64,000 bases of DNA, from assembly GCA_013115125.1 (NCBI GenBank), contig JABANN010000001.1:186001-250000 (forward strand), read 5' to 3'. Positions 14,601 through 27,805 of this stretch are shown here, piece after piece. The position numbers were made by a program, and so were the translations under genes. Below the pieces are notes generated by a model, which saw only the letters and a list, made by a program, of their open reading frames with translations, ran no database searches and was not told the DNA's origin. This DNA is from Perkinsus olseni (lineage: Eukaryota). Position 1 is the stretch's first letter, and each line of letters starts with the position of its first letter.

Positions 14601-15944
14601 GGATGGAGGGCCGCGCCTTTCTGGAGGCATGCAGAGGTTGTCAGATTCATCCGGTCATGTGGGAGCTGGTCAAAGAGATTCTTGCTACTGAAGACGTCGC
14701 GAGGGTGGAGCTTCCTTGTGTAAGGTTCGCCCCGTTGGTATCGCCGTTGCAGTGGCTCTTGATAGGTCTACTACCTCTCCCAAGTGGACCCCACCCTGCA
14801 TCGGACTTTGCTGTCGCTGAAGGGCATGGCGGCTGAGGAGCTGCGGGCCCTCGAGATCAGCGCCGCCAAGGTCTGTTGTCGATCATTCACGCGAGTTGGG
14901 CAGTCGAGGTTGTTCGTCTGCAGGTTCCTGGGTATGAGAAGATCTCCCTCCCCGGGCTGCGTGGCAATGTGACCTGTAAAAACGTTGGGAAGGTTGTAGA
15001 GGGAGTGGCGACGGCTGTGACGTACACTGGGGTGTACTGGCAAGTAGGGTGGCGAGAACGCCCAGCTCGCTGCAGTTAGAGATGGCTGTGTTCTCAGCTC
15101 CGTGCTTTCGCCGATGCTTTTGCCGAGATATTGTCGCCGTCAGCACTGTCGTTGTGGCGGTCCGAGGATGAGCTCACCGAGCTGGTGAGATGGGGAAGGG
15201 TGCTTGACTGCGCCGCAGGGATTGTCAATACCTGTGGAGAGATCTTCTAAGGAACCAGCTTGGTTGTTTCTCTGACACGTATGCTCTCGTGAGTCGTACA
15301 ACTTAGCCCTTCGCAACGCTAGCCTTGCTCAGTGATGTCGCTGAACTCGGATGGGTTTGCGACCTAAGGTGCTTGCGATCTCAGACTTACGGTTCATCGG
15401 CCGCTCGACCAGAGTACTGGACGAAGGAGCATCTCCTTAGTGCTATACAGCCCAAGCACGGTTACACGTCGAGTTCATCAGCAGTGCAATACCTAGTAGA
15501 AGTCATGGCCAACGAGTTGACGCCCGACCAGCGCCAGCAGCTGGTACTACATTACAGAAGGAATTTTTCTAGGTCGTGGATGGTGTTCATTATTTTCCGA
15601 TGCAGGTTCGATTCCTGACTGGCTCGCCGACGCTGCCGATCGGAGGCTTCGCTGCCCTCAAGCCTCAACTCACTGTTGTTAGACAGGTGCGCCGCCTTCT
15701 CGGCAGTCTGTTGGACGTACCCACTTTTTTCAGGTCCTGGACGACGACAGTGCCAACCCGGACGATTTCCTGCCGAGCGTTATGACGTGCGCTAGCTTCA
15801 TGAAGCTGCCCGACTACTCTTCTAAGGAGGTCAGTGGCTGTCTGCTGCTGAGCATTCGCTCGACTCATCGTTGTGAGATAGGTTTTGAAGCGTCAGCTGG
15901 TGAAGGCGATCTCGGAAGGCCAGAAGGCATTCCTGATGTCATAG
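5629..15944 (+). CDS. HECT E3 ubiquitin ligase, TRIP12/UFD4/UPL3 type, many exons
   Basis: Low-complexity N-terminus ([11 protein letters not shown]). ARM-region motifs [15 protein letters not shown] and [23 protein letters not shown] motifs [55 protein letters not shown] and [18 protein letters not shown] (catalytic Cys), ending EGQKAFLMS-stop at 15942-15944. Confidence 0.93.
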
Positions 15945-17451
15945 AAGCCGCTTGTGGTTGCCGTTAAGTCGAGTCTCTCCGTCCGACGGATTCCGTCGTA
16001 CCATTAATCTTGTACCATTGTTGTTTGCTGTGTCTCCATCGGCGGCAGTAGTAGTAGAATCGTAGAGAGTGTATCAATCATTATCGCTGTCAGTCATTGT
16101 GATGTTACTTTTGCTTTACTCGCGATACGGGCCTTCTGATGTGCCCGTTGTTGTGATTGCAGCGTCGTTTGTCGTGTCGTTGTTGGATCCTCAGTCTCAT
16201 CGAACTCACTGAATCAGAGTCCAGTACTTGCTGGTCCAGTCGTCTATGCTATTGCTTGTGATGCAGAATAGGTAGATTTCTAACCACTAGTAGCCGAAGG
16301 AGAATAGTTGCCTAATTTACATGACGAAATAGGGTTGAGTTATTCACACGTGGACAGGACAGTATAGGGACGGTCGGAGTCAACGCTCCCCTTTATCGAC
16401 GGTAATTGAGTTGATCTACAGCTCCTGTATTGTAGACAGTCTGAGCATGGCACTAGTTTCAGCTACTAGAGTGCCGAATTTTCTTATAAATTTTGTGTCG
16501 TAGGCAGATCCTAGTGATACGGCGCGTCTCTTGTGTGGGGGTGAGAGGCGTACAGCGACAGTAGCAATTCGGAATCATCAGGTGTTTTTCGGGCTCGTTA
16601 CAGTCATAGCCGGGTCGCCGTCTCTCAGTCTGGGTGGCGCCATCGATGGATAACTTTCCATAGTAGACAAGACAGGCGAATGGTCAGGTATTGGAAGAAT
16701 TCCTTCTCTTGAATGAGGGAGGACGCCTCGCTGCCATCCAGGGTCGAGGGGGATATTGTCACTTACGCAGCAAGAGGGTCTTAGTCTTGTACTGAGTCCG
16801 ACCAAAACTGTTGCGGAGTTCTGAACTTGGCACACACGAAAGTCCATTTGAGCGTCTTCCTGAGCACGTGTGTCTGTGTATGTGCGCCACTATAGCAGGT
16901 TACTCGTGTGAGTGGGTCAGCAAGCCTCATAGAAGATAATGACCGGAGGCGAGCCCATCTCGGTGTAGCGACCGATTTGTGATCCTCAGCGAATCTCCAC
17001 ACAATCTTGGATCTTGACCCGTCGAGCACAGGTTGTAGCCTACAGGCTGTAAGACAGAAGAAAATGAATCACTAAATCAGAAGAAATGATCCTACTCTTG
17101 AACGGAGGAGGAAGACTGACTTGCAGAGATCTGTGAACTTATGTGCAGCCGCATACACAGACGCTCTGAACTCTGCCGGACCTTACGCTCCGCCCACGCT
17201 CTAGCCAGTTATCAGATCTTTCTCACTCGCTCTCGCTCGCCTTGTGATATTGTCCTTACCAGCGTCCATACAGGCCGTCGTGGAGCTGTGCGTAGTACGG
17301 AGTGCTTTCATACTCCCCTCGTTCCCGATGGCCTCTGCTCCTACTGTTGGCGCTAGCTAGTGAATCATTCACTGTGAATGGATAGTTCAGCTACAGGGGC
17401 TTCTAGCGGCATTGTAGTTGTCTTCTCTTTGGTAGACAGAAATACTCGCTG

Positions 17452-19962
17452 ATGTCCCGCAGAGCTGTGTGGCCTTCGCTGGTGCCATGTGTCGGGCTGA
17501 CGTGCATCCCGGTTCAGTTAGGTTTGTTCTTTGTTGTTCAGTATGACTGACGTTAGATTGTTAGAAAGCGAGAGCACGCAGTCGTCGTTGGACTCTCCGG
17601 TGTCGACAGCCAAAGTAAGTCCCGTTTGCCAGTACGGCTAGAGTTCGCGATTGAGTTGGAGACGATATCCCTTGGTTGTCCAGGTGAGCGAGGTATGCTG
17701 CCCCCCTGAAGGCAAGTACGGGGAAGTGACATCAGAGGTAAGCCTATGATTCATAATTCCGGGAGTCTTGAGCCGCCGTGTGATCTTAGTTCCTCGACAA
17801 GCTACGCGAAGTTCCGGAGTTGGAAGTGTCCGTGGACGAGGACAGTCTCCAATCGTGTGCACGAGACAAAAGCTACCATTTGCCGCATCGGCCAACCGCT
17901 GTGGGAGTGCGTCGGAACAGCGTGTGGGTTATAATGTTCACCAGGTGCTTCACCCGTCATCAACGTCCGCTGTCTCTGGTGCCTTGGCATTGTGCTACGA
18001 GTATCGCATCCCTGTAGCTACTCGTGGCGCGGGCACTGGTTTGGAAGGCGGAGCTATTCTTGCGAGAGGACTTCATGGCGTGGTCCTGAGTATGAGCCTT
18101 ATGATTGCCTCGTGAAAGGTATCGGAGACTTTCGCCATGGTCAGGTACGGAGAAACTGAAGACGATTGATTTCGATGAGACTTCTATGTCGTGCTGGGTC
18201 GGCGCAGGTGTGAGGAAGACTCAGCTCAACAAGTGAGGGAGCATCCAGCACTGTTAGAGGCCATGCGTTGTCTGATATTTGGAAATGCAGGAAAGGTTCT
18301 GTTCGGTAGGTACCTGAATAAATTCGGTTGCTGCTTCCAGTGTGACCCCGGCAGTGATGCGTCCATCGGAGGCCAAGCAAGCACTGGCGCTAGCGGTAAG
18401 CTCCCCTGGCAGCTGCGCGTTTCGGCCCGAAGTAGCGAGTGAGTTTGCAGGTACAACGAGCGTACGATACGGCACATTCAAGGAGAATGTCGTTAGTCTC
18501 ACGGTTGTGACTCCTAGCGGTGACGTCATTGAGAACACTAGGCGACTAGTGAGGAAAAACAGTAAGACGGATGGCGTTGTACTCGGCTGGTCGCCCAGCA
18601 TTCGAGCCTTCCAGGTACGGGCCTTGATTTGACGAGATTGTATCTGGGCTCTGAAGGGAGCCTCGGTGTTATCACTAAGGTTTGCGTAAAAGTGACGAGG
18701 CATCCCAAGGTTATCGCTGGAGGTGAGGCGTGTTGACGGTCTTGGCGTGGCCATAAGGATTCCTTGTAGGCATCATATGCTTCCCTAGCGTTGAGAAGGC
18801 TGTGGAGGCCGTGCTGGAGATCTCCAAGAGCAAGTAAGTTGCCGTTGTCCTCTCCCTCGTCTTGACTCTGTTATTGTGGTTGGTTTCAGCATTCCTGATC
18901 TATCTCGTGGTGAGCTGATGACGGGTGCGGCGGTTCGACAGGGGAATGCCTTCTTTGGGTGTAAATACACGGAACTGCCCTCTCTGTGCTTCGAGTGCCA
19001 GTGCTCGGACTTCAAGGCAGCTGATAGGTACAAGAGGCTCTTCGCGCTGTTTGTGTGCGATCGCCTTTGTCCTTAGGGCGTGCTGTGAAGTGATGGACAT
19101 AGCGAAAACGTGTGGCGGCACGGATATCAGGGCTACTGATAATAAGGACGCTTTGGACACTCTATGGTAGAGGGAGATGCTCGATGTGGTCATGTGGGTC
19201 AGTTTTGTCTTTTAGGACTCTTCGTCGTGGTGCATTTTATTCGACGAAGAATACTCGCAGAGGAGAGAAGGGAATCTCTGTCTTCGTTAGCGATGCGTGC
19301 GTCCCTCTGGTCAACCTCCCCAAGGTCATCACGGAAACCGAAAACATTTATCAGGTAGGCGGGTCTAGAGCTCGCTGCTGGGGTTGGTGAGTTGGTGTTG
19401 TTATGGTTGCAGAGCATCTTCCACAACGTGGACACCCTGTGCATTGTTGCACATATTTTTGATGGTAACTTCCACGCTATGATCCCTACCAAGGAAGATG
19501 AGGTTGACAAGATCGAGGAGTTCAGTGACAGACTCGCTGACATAGTGCTCGAAGCAGGAGGTGAGTCGGTCGCTGGAACGTTGTACGTCCGTCTGATCTC
19601 TCCTGTCTGTGACGCCCAGACAGTAGAGATTGTCAGGAACTCCCAGACTGGGAGGGGCTCTGTTGTCTCATCATGTGATGGAAACGAGGGTCTCGAGCGG
19701 CTGGCATTCCGTGGTCGTTCGTTGTTATGTTGATAATTTGTCAGGGAGCGTCAGCGGCGAGCACGGAGTCGGTCTTGGAAAGGCTCGCTATGTAGAACGC
19801 GAGTTTGGCACAGTAGGGTGTTGGGGGTGGTCTTGTCAGTAGGACTCCTTCGAGTGCTGCCTTTAGAGTGGTATCAAAGTAATGCAGCGAGTGAAGGAGG
19901 CTTTGGACCCTCGCGGCATCATGAACCCCGGCAAGTCCTACTACATGAGCAGCAAACTGTGA
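17452..19962 (+). CDS. FAD-linked D-lactate dehydrogenase (cytochrome), VAO/PCMH family, multi-exon
   Basis: Motifs RGAGTGLEGGA, DPGSDASIGGQASTGASG, YGTFKENVVSLTVV, DLTRLYLGSEGSLGVIT, HIFDGNFH, SGEHGVGLGK and DPRGIMNPGK. Stop TGA at 19960-19962. Start is either 17452 or 17543. Confidence 0.88.
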
Positions 19963-20249
19963 ATGAAAATAAAGATGAGCTGAAGACGATGTTGTGACGT
20001 TGTTCGATGTTTGGTCGTTTCGCGACTACTTTTTAATTTATATGAACAGTTTCTTGCGAAGTCATCGGTTGTGTTCGCTAGTATGGCGTGGCTTGAGTGG
20101 GGCCTTGGCAATCTGACCGCGACACCAACCTCTGGATAGAAACTACTCTTTGCATGAACCATTGTTGTTGGCTGCTGAAGACCTCAAAAACGCACGAATG
20201 CGTACGAACGTGGATGGTGGGAAGTCTGTTGATGGCGCTGGTTTGTAGG

Positions 20250-22107
20250 TCTTCGCTTATCGCCAAGATCATTGCCCTGAAGTGATCGATGTAGGAGCAT
20301 TGTGTAGGCTGGCGGGAACCCTGTGGGACTCGGTGGATGAGTAAGATCCCAGCCTTGACCTGTCGGTCCGGGGTTGGGCTTGGCTAGGGACCGCGATGCT
20401 CGTTTCGCTGCCGACGAAATGGGAAAATATTCTTCCGCGTCGCTGTGGTGACAATATCCCTTGCTGAGCCTTGGTGGAGCTTCATGTATTTCTCGTTTTA
20501 ATCTGCCCTGGTGGAGCTAGGAACTTCTCGAATGACTTCTACCGCCAGGACCAACCCGGGATTGGCAATGCGCGTTTGCAGGTGCAGCGCAGGCAGCTCA
20601 AGCGAGGTCCGCAGAGGGCGTTTATCAAGGACAGATGTCTTGCTTGGGCCCCCGTCGTTACGAATGCTCATAGCGTCCTTGGGAAGGTGTACATGGCGGG
20701 CGTGGACGATATCGGAATGGACCTCCTGCTGGTCACCGAGCCGCGGACTAGGATCCACGAGAGCTACTGCGAGCTCGTGTGCCACGCCCTGGTCGACGAA
20801 GTAGGCGCGTGAGGGCTGATCTATAATAGCGACGGCGACAGATTCTCTCCGATGGCGACCTGGTCGGCCGTTTACAAGAGTTCGTTGAGAGAATCGATGC
20901 CCAGGTCACAGTGAGCGAGGATTACACAGTCGAGTGAGGCTTCTGAACAGCACCGTGTTTGACCTCCTTCACACAGAAGCATGTGCAGTGAAGGTCACGG
21001 TGCCTATGAACTACCCCAAGCTGATTCAGTTGTTGTCGATAAAGTGAAGGGAGTGTTCCTGTGTATCCACTGGCTGACTCTATTCTACTTCAAGATCATC
21101 TGTACGGTTCATGATCGCGTGCGGAGCATCTCAAGAGGCCTGGGAGAAGTTCTAGAGCTCTCCGCGCGAACTTGTGATGCCGTATTGGGCGCCCTTGTCT
21201 ACGGGTGAGGGAATCTTTGGTCTCTGCTGGCACAAAATGGACCTACGACAACCCTCAGGCCAGCTAAAAGCGTGGCTCTTGAGCGTTGGGTGGTCAACCC
21301 TGGTGGTGAGGGAATGACGATACACCTTCTTCTCTCACATAAGGAGGAGAAGGAGGATGCAACTGATGTGAGTATCCGGGGCTCGATTTCTCCCATAGCG
21401 CCGATTTTGACGGCTATTGCACCAGGGTCTGCGGTGGGCGCTCCTCGACGTAACAGAGAACTTCCCCGAGCTACCTGTTGGCTACCACGCAGTGCTCGTG
21501 TTCGATAGTGCTGAATCGCTACTAAAGGCAGAAGCGATGGAGACTTCCAACACTGTGATGAAGTTGGACCTCGGTTCTCTTAACAACGACGGTGAGTCAG
21601 TTGATACGATCCCGGTGGTGGCGCTTGCGCTGGAAAATGCTTGGAGCTATTCTATCAGGTCAGGTGAATCGACCGTGCCGGCCACGGCAAGGGATGTTCA
21701 TCCGGTGATTCCCAGTGCAACTCCGAGAGAAGCAGGAGAGCTAGTGGTGGAGAACGTGGGCCCGAATGAACCGCGTGGTCCTGACAGCGATGGTCACCGT
21801 TCTCGCGAGGGCGCGCATCACTGTGAGGAAGGTGGGGATCTCGGTCTGTGGTGTACACCTAGCCAGCTTCGCGTGTTTCACAGGTTCACCTGCAGCGCGC
21901 AGGCAACCATCAGCAGAGGCCTTCGAGTTTCCGTTGGAAGAACTCCAGGCACAGACGCGGCCCGATTTGGACGAAGAAACTACACTAGGAGTATCGGTGG
22001 TCCCCGTCGTGCCACAGGCAACCAAGGAGCCGAGCTTGCACAGTCAGAGAGCCGCCGCAAGTGGCAGTATTCGTCGAGGCAAGTATAAGAAACCCCATGA
22101 CCCATGA
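20250..22107 (+). CDS. Hypothetical multi-exon protein
   Basis: Chain of plus-strand open segments bounded by GT/AG (e.g. NDFYRQDQPGIG, GLRWALLDVTENFPELPVGYHAVLVFD), ending RRGKYKKPHDP-stop. No family recognised and the start is not determined. Confidence 0.45.
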
Positions 22108-22495
22108 CCAAATGAGACCATGCTTGTCACGCTGTAAAAGCTCTTGCGTTTTCATAAGGTGTTGCGGCGGGTGAAGGGACTTTTCTTGATGGCTTGGGAA
22201 AGGTGAAGGTGAGTTTGTTACTGACAATGTGTCAGTGTGAACAGTTCGACTGACGTGCGCGGACACGTGCCTTCACGCTTCTGGCTACAAGTGAACAAAA
22301 TCACCAACGTGCTCCAGTCGATTGACCTGGGTTGGGAATCGATCAGAATGGCGAGCGCTAAAGATGTGCTCCGGATTCGCGTGCTTGCTCCCTGAGGGTC
22401 GATGATGAGTTGCTCTCTTTCACTACCGATTCTCTCGAAATCAGTGGAGTGCTTTTGTTGCTTCATTGCTCCTCCTTATCCTCTTCGAGCATACC

Positions 22496-23198
22496 ATGCT
22501 AAGCCGTATACTCCCTAGGCTATCCCCTAGGGTCTCCGCCCTGCCCACCCCGGTCAAGACTATGTCCTCGAGATCTCACATTTTCGTAGGAGACCCTCCC
22601 TCCGCTTCTCGAATGCCTCACTCGTTCCTGATGTCGCTGCTTCAATGAGTTCGCTGGTGACCGCTGTCATTATCTTCTCGTTCTTTCAGACACCGATGGA
22701 CTGGATGTTCTACTACTTTCCCAATTACTCGAGAGACAAAGTCGCCTTGATGGCCAGGTCAGCAGCTTTCTTCTGCTTCGTCGTCTGTGTGCAGTAGCGT
22801 TGCCCTTTATTGGTGGACCTTCACGACCGTCGTACTGCTGGCGACTCCAGTCGTTCGTTCAGGCAAATCAAGATCCACTTTGCCATCGGCTTCGCGTTGG
22901 TATTCTTTGTCTATCATCCGCCGTACAAGGGAGCGGACTACGAGAATTTCCACAAGAGCCCTCTGTAAGCCTCGAGTGCGCCTCGACTTCTATGCGGTTC
23001 CCGGCCCCGTTACCAATTCGTGTCTTCCGTCTCACGGCGGTAGTCAACGACGTTCATGCTTGACTGTATGGCATGATCAGCGCACCTTGGCTCAGGTATT
23101 GGTATAAGTATAACAAGTTGGAGCGGAGTGGGCAACTTCAGGAGAACTTGCGCATCAAGAGAGATTGGTTCTACGACGAAGACCCGAATGCTTCCTAG
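22496..23198 (+). CDS. Small single-TM protein with a mitochondrial-type presequence (about 120 aa, 4 exons)
   Basis: Splices in frame with GT-AG introns: MLSRILPRLSPRVSALPTPVKTMSSRSHIF / TPMDWMFYYFPNYSRDKVALMAR / QIKIHFAIGFALVFFVYHPPYKGADYENFHKSPL / YWYKYNKLERSGQLQENLRIKRDWFYDEDPNAS-stop. The N-terminus is Arg/Ser-rich and free of acidic residues. Confidence 0.75.
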
Positions 23199-23809
23199 GA
23201 GGCCTGAGTGTCACGCCCGAGACGTGATTCTCGCAACGTTACAGTAGTTGCTAGCAGCTTCTACACCATTACTTGCCCTCTATCGGGTGGCAGCTCCATG
23301 GGTGATCATATTGTGCGGAGAGATAATAACCATTTGCTTTTTAACCTCACTGCAGATGCGTTCGGCTCATGATGCCGGGGTAACGCGTGTTTTCCCCTGG
23401 TGTATTACTTCCCTAGGGATATTCTCTCGCGGTGTCTGGCGCGTCACTTGTGTCACCTCCCGTCAACGCGTGCTAGGTAAACAGCATTGACAGGTGTGTC
23501 TGAAAGCACTTATCTTAGCTGTAATATTCCCTGTGGAAGTAGAGCGATTGAAATCGTGGGTCTTCCCGACGAACCCGTTTTTGGGGCGAGGCGAACTCGG
23601 GCGTGCGCTAATTTCAACCGGGCGCGTTGGTCGTTGGCCGACAGAACACCTCTGATCCACAAGTTGGTCCGATATTGGATTGTCAAAGTTGCGCCTCTAC
23701 TCGGCGAGGGCCGTAGACTAGTGTACCCGACCCCTCGTTGTAACTCTTCGCGGACGCTCGCTCCGGAGCGCTCTGACCTCTGATCCGCAGCAATTACCTT
23801 CCACCACTC

Positions 23810-24253
23810 ATGCGTACTATACTAGCCCTGCTCGGTGCTCTCGGCGTCCTTGCCCAGGCTGTCTCCAGTGAGACTAAGCATTCCTTGGACGACGAGTAAG
23901 GTTCGCCCTTCCTGGTTGACAGGGGGCTCAGTGCGTGAACTCAGATACCAGTCGCTTCTCGACTCTCTTGACAGTATTCGTACAGAGCCAGACGATGTTG
24001 CGAAGAAATTCGGAATCGACGTTGCGTCCACCCCTGCTCTCCGTGGACCAGCAGCCATGGCCTTGGTGCAGCACGGTAGGCTGTCCCGGCCCCTTCCATG
24101 TGTGATTGGTCCCTATCAGGCAGCAAGAAGACCGGTATGCTTGACCAGCTCTCCCAGGCACAGGAGGCTGAGATCGAACGAAGCACGGAGACCTTGGCTG
24201 ATGTCGAGAAGCATTTCGACAGCAACCTGGCAGCCCTTAACAAAGACCTCTAG
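23810..24253 (+). CDS. Small secreted hypothetical protein, multi-exon
   Basis: Signal-peptide-like start MRTILALLGALGVLAQA. Later exons ELRYQSLLDSLDSIRTEPDDVAKKFGID and AQEAEIERSTETLADVEKHFDSNLAALNKDL-stop. Confidence 0.6.
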
Positions 24254-24368
24254 TAGAGAGTGCACATGCATCACATTGGAGGCAACGTTGTCGAACGGTT
24301 TATGTCTTTTTGCGTTACCAAGTTACTCCCCCCAGAGCTTTGAACACAAGTCGGGAAAGACGACACAA

Positions 24369-25053
24369 CTAAGAGTCTCGACATAAATTCAAAGCGATCT
24401 CAGAGACCATCTTGTCTCTGTTCGATGGAGTTACTTCGACGAGCTGAATTCCTGCCAACTTCTTAGCGGCCGCTATGAAACCTGAAAGAACTAGTCTGAT
24501 TTTGACGGGCAGCAGAGGTGCACTACCTCCACCGTTTTTGGCGATGGTAGTCAGGCAAGGACGATCTCCAGTGAGGACTCGAAGGGCTCGGGGCTCGAAC
24601 CGCTCCGAGCACAGCTCCATCTTCCCTATTTCGTCAAGTATGACGACACTGCCGTCCTTATTTTCAGCATGCATGGCGTCTAGTAGTGGCAAGGCGCTCC
24701 TCTCGAAGTCATCAATACAGACACCGTAACGGCCAACCTTCGGGCCTGGGTAACCTGAGTAGTACCACAAAAATGGGAAGACGACCGACAGGAAGCAATT
24801 TACCTATTCGGGCGAGAGGGACGTGAATGCGCCCATCCAACGATATCAAGTCGAAGCCTTCGCGAGAGCGAGTCTCGGGATTCCGAACCTCCTCCGTTAT
24901 GAATCCTTGACACGCGATTCCAGCCTTTTGAAGCTCTTCGAGAACCTACCAGCGCTGTGGATGGGCGCGAGAATAAGAGGTAGTTCATCATCCGACTTTC
25001 TTGCACAGAGTTGTTTTCCCGACTCCTGGGGCCCCGGTGATGAGATACTTCAT
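24369..25053 (-). CDS. NTPCR: Nucleoside-triphosphatase, THEP1/NTPCR (NTPase_1) family
   Basis: MKYLITGAPGVGKTTLCK (Walker A), GFITEEVR..REGFDL, KVGRYGV and VVILDEIGKMELCSERF (Walker B and family signature). GT-AG introns restore the frame. Confidence 0.9.
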
Positions 25054-25374
25054 TATTCGTGGCAAACTCACAACGACACCTGCTGAAGTTTATGAGCGTT
25101 TCATTCGCGGAGCGACTCGTCAACGCAACCAAGTTAGCAAGGACATACTCAAAACATGTAAGAACAATGATGACGATCTTTCAAGCTAATCATCAGCGAC
25201 TGAGACATACAATAGCAAACCTCGCGCTTGGGAATGCTACGGCTTCGCCAGGCTAGTTTCGTGGGTCGCGAAGTCCTTGAAAACGAATCTTGTATCAGTA
25301 GCCTGCACAGAGAGAGAATCTTTAGCTCCCGCATGATCCTCGCTTCGACCTACTACTAGCGAACTCTTCGCCCG

Positions 25375-26288
25375 CTATGAATCACAGATGGTGACACCGT
25401 TGATTACCTTGATATCCTTCTTGAGCATGCACTTCTCAAACTGCGCCCTAGTCGCAAAGCACTTGTCATCAGCATAGGTGTTATCGTCACCTCCGGTATA
25501 AGAAGGGTCCAAGAATGGATAAGGTCGCCCTGAGAGGGGCAAGTGATCGGACTCCTCCAGCTTCGACGCCCTCACGTTTGAGGATGCTGCTCTTCAGATA
25601 TTGGCCCACACAGGAAGCGTGAACGGTGAGCTCTGCTTCGCATACCGGCGGCTCGGCCTCCCACGCCACTTTGTCGCTCAGATCTCTCGGTCCCTGACAT
25701 CAGCAGCGGTGCAGCCATAATGGCAGAAGAATGTCACGGTTGTTGAAGGAATGGGTCAGCCTACCCGGCTGCGCATCTCTTTCATACACTTCACATAGAC
25801 GTCACGAGAGTTGTGGCATCTGTCAGCTTTGTCGTCCTGCGTCCCAGGAGCATACTCAGTGCCGGATAGGGTCGATAGTCGCAGGAACATCCTGATCGAA
25901 TGAAAATTAACAAGCACGTCTCGAAAGTACTCGTGCTGACCGCCCCTCAACAGCGCTGTTAACGAGTCTATAAACCATTCTACGATCAAGGGACTAGCAA
26001 CGTATACGGAAGCAACGACCTCGAGCTCAGATAACAGGGAGAATGACAGTACCCGCCTCAAGAACCCGTCAAGTCGGCCACCTACTTAACGCATTCCACG
26101 TGAGACTTGAGTTCGTCACGGCAGTTGGCGGAGTACTCCCCGTTGGCACCGTTCCGTCGAGAGTTGGTTCTACGGTAATGAGGCGTTCCCGCTCCCTCAG
26201 TGGCTTCATACGCGCCCGAAGAGAGGCTGGAATCGGCCCATGTTGATATGTCCGACGTAGAATCTTCCAAGGCCCGGCCGTCTGGCAT
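25375..26288 (-). CDS. Protein with four CX9C motifs (CHCH-type), multi-exon
   Basis: CRDELKSHVEC, CHNSRDVYVKC, CEAELTVHASC and CFATRAQFEKC occur in successive minus-strand segments, each exactly C-X9-C. Confidence 0.7.
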
Positions 26289-26933
26289 CCTTAGCGAGAT
26301 CGGGCTTCCACTGTTACGTCGAAAGCTCTAACAGCACAGTAGAGTACACACTGGTCGACACGTTGCTAGCGAGATTCCTTCAAGCAGTGAGGGGCTCATG
26401 GATGTACTGTTTTCTTTTCCAGTCGCCTCTGATTGTCACTCGGCGCGCGCTTTCGTGAATGCACACGCGTTCTCACGTACACGACGTGCGTGTCATCATT
26501 ATGATCCACAGGCAATCGTGAGCGGGCGGGTAAGGCCGAACGAGCGCGAATACGGAAAGCTCCAAGTCATCCTCATGTGGCTATGCTTCCCTCAACCTTG
26601 GGATTCCTGCGTACTTATCTGACGTGGGCGATGTTCGAAATCGCGCGCGTGCTGAGGAAGGGCACGTGCACGCTCATAGACGGCTGGTAAGGGTCCTTTT
26701 GAGGCATCTACCAATTTCCTCAACTCCTGTTTCGCGAGGATGGGCGTTACTTCTCAGCAAAGTCGCCCTCATTCGGACCGTGTGGGCCGCTGTTGCCTTT
26801 GTCCATTCGGTTGAACTCTCTGAGTGCATGGCTGATCTTAGAGGCTGCGGCTCTGAGTTTTAACGTGGCTTTCATCTGCGCGACTGTTGGTTCGATCGGA
26901 GTGCTCTTCGCAGCGTTATTATATTAAGCATAA

Positions 26934-27805
26934 ATGATGGCTTATCTGCAGCAGCAAAGTGATCGTGATCAGGAGGCCTTGAACAAGCTGATACGTTCTA
27001 CACTACCCTTTAACGAGATGTCCAAAACTGTCGCTGGCTGCGGCCTCTCCTCGAGCGAGAGTGACACCGCGACCTGTGCCAGCTCCTCTAGCGGAGCTGA
27101 GCTGCCCGCAACGACCGGCCTACCGAGACCTACGTCGAGCCTTTCTGGCCAGTTTTGGGAGAAGATGTGGGGCGAAGCGTACGGCCCTGATAGCGCCTCT
27201 GTCCGGCATGTCTCATACCCCGAGGTGAGCCACCATCTTCTGCTCAAATCCCTTGCTAGAGCTCCCTTGCTAGGTGCATCAGCCCGGTCGTACGAGTTGG
27301 CCAGCGGAACAAGGGATTGACAATGTGATGAGAAGTGACATAAGCAGGTGAATGATGATGCGCTTTTTACGACTGCGGACTTCCTCGGCGCCTGATACGG
27401 TCTTCGCCCTCCTCCAGGGTTAGCTGCCATTGCTTTCGTCAGGGACTCGGTCGTTCTCGAGAGAGAAGCGGTAAAGGCTGAGACGAAGTGTGAGGTCGCG
27501 AAAGAGACTACGGCGGAGCTGGGTGGCTTGGAGACCTACTTGGCTCAACAGCGCGAGCACTTGGCAACGGCGATCTTCAAGGACTGGGTCACTCCCAACG
27601 CCTCGCACGAGCGCCAGAAAAGGCTGAAGTCGGCGTGCCAAGAGCTTGTAAGGCGCAGTTTTCAAGAGGTTGTCTGTGCGAGGGCGACGGAACCGAGTAA
27701 ATATACCACCCGACGCATGCAGAGGTCGGCCGATGGTGAGTCTCCCTCGACCGCCGCTTGTGATGTCGCTGCCGATCTTCGACTCGTTCAGGTCCGGTAG
27801 AGTAA
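26934..27805 (+). CDS. Uncharacterised family member 1 (C-terminal ACxxLVxxxFxxVxxAR...MxRxxD domain)
   Basis: Ser-rich first exon, then the domain exon LETYLAQQREHL...SACQELVRRSFQEVVCARATEPSKYTTRRMQRSAD. Homologous to 36299-36520 and 43767-43965. Confidence 0.65.

Noticed and set aside
20270-21050. Actin-like snippets (VIDVG, LLVTEP, YELP) in the hypothetical gene
   Set aside because: Spacing and intervening sequence do not follow the actin fold, and the phosphate-binding motifs are missing.
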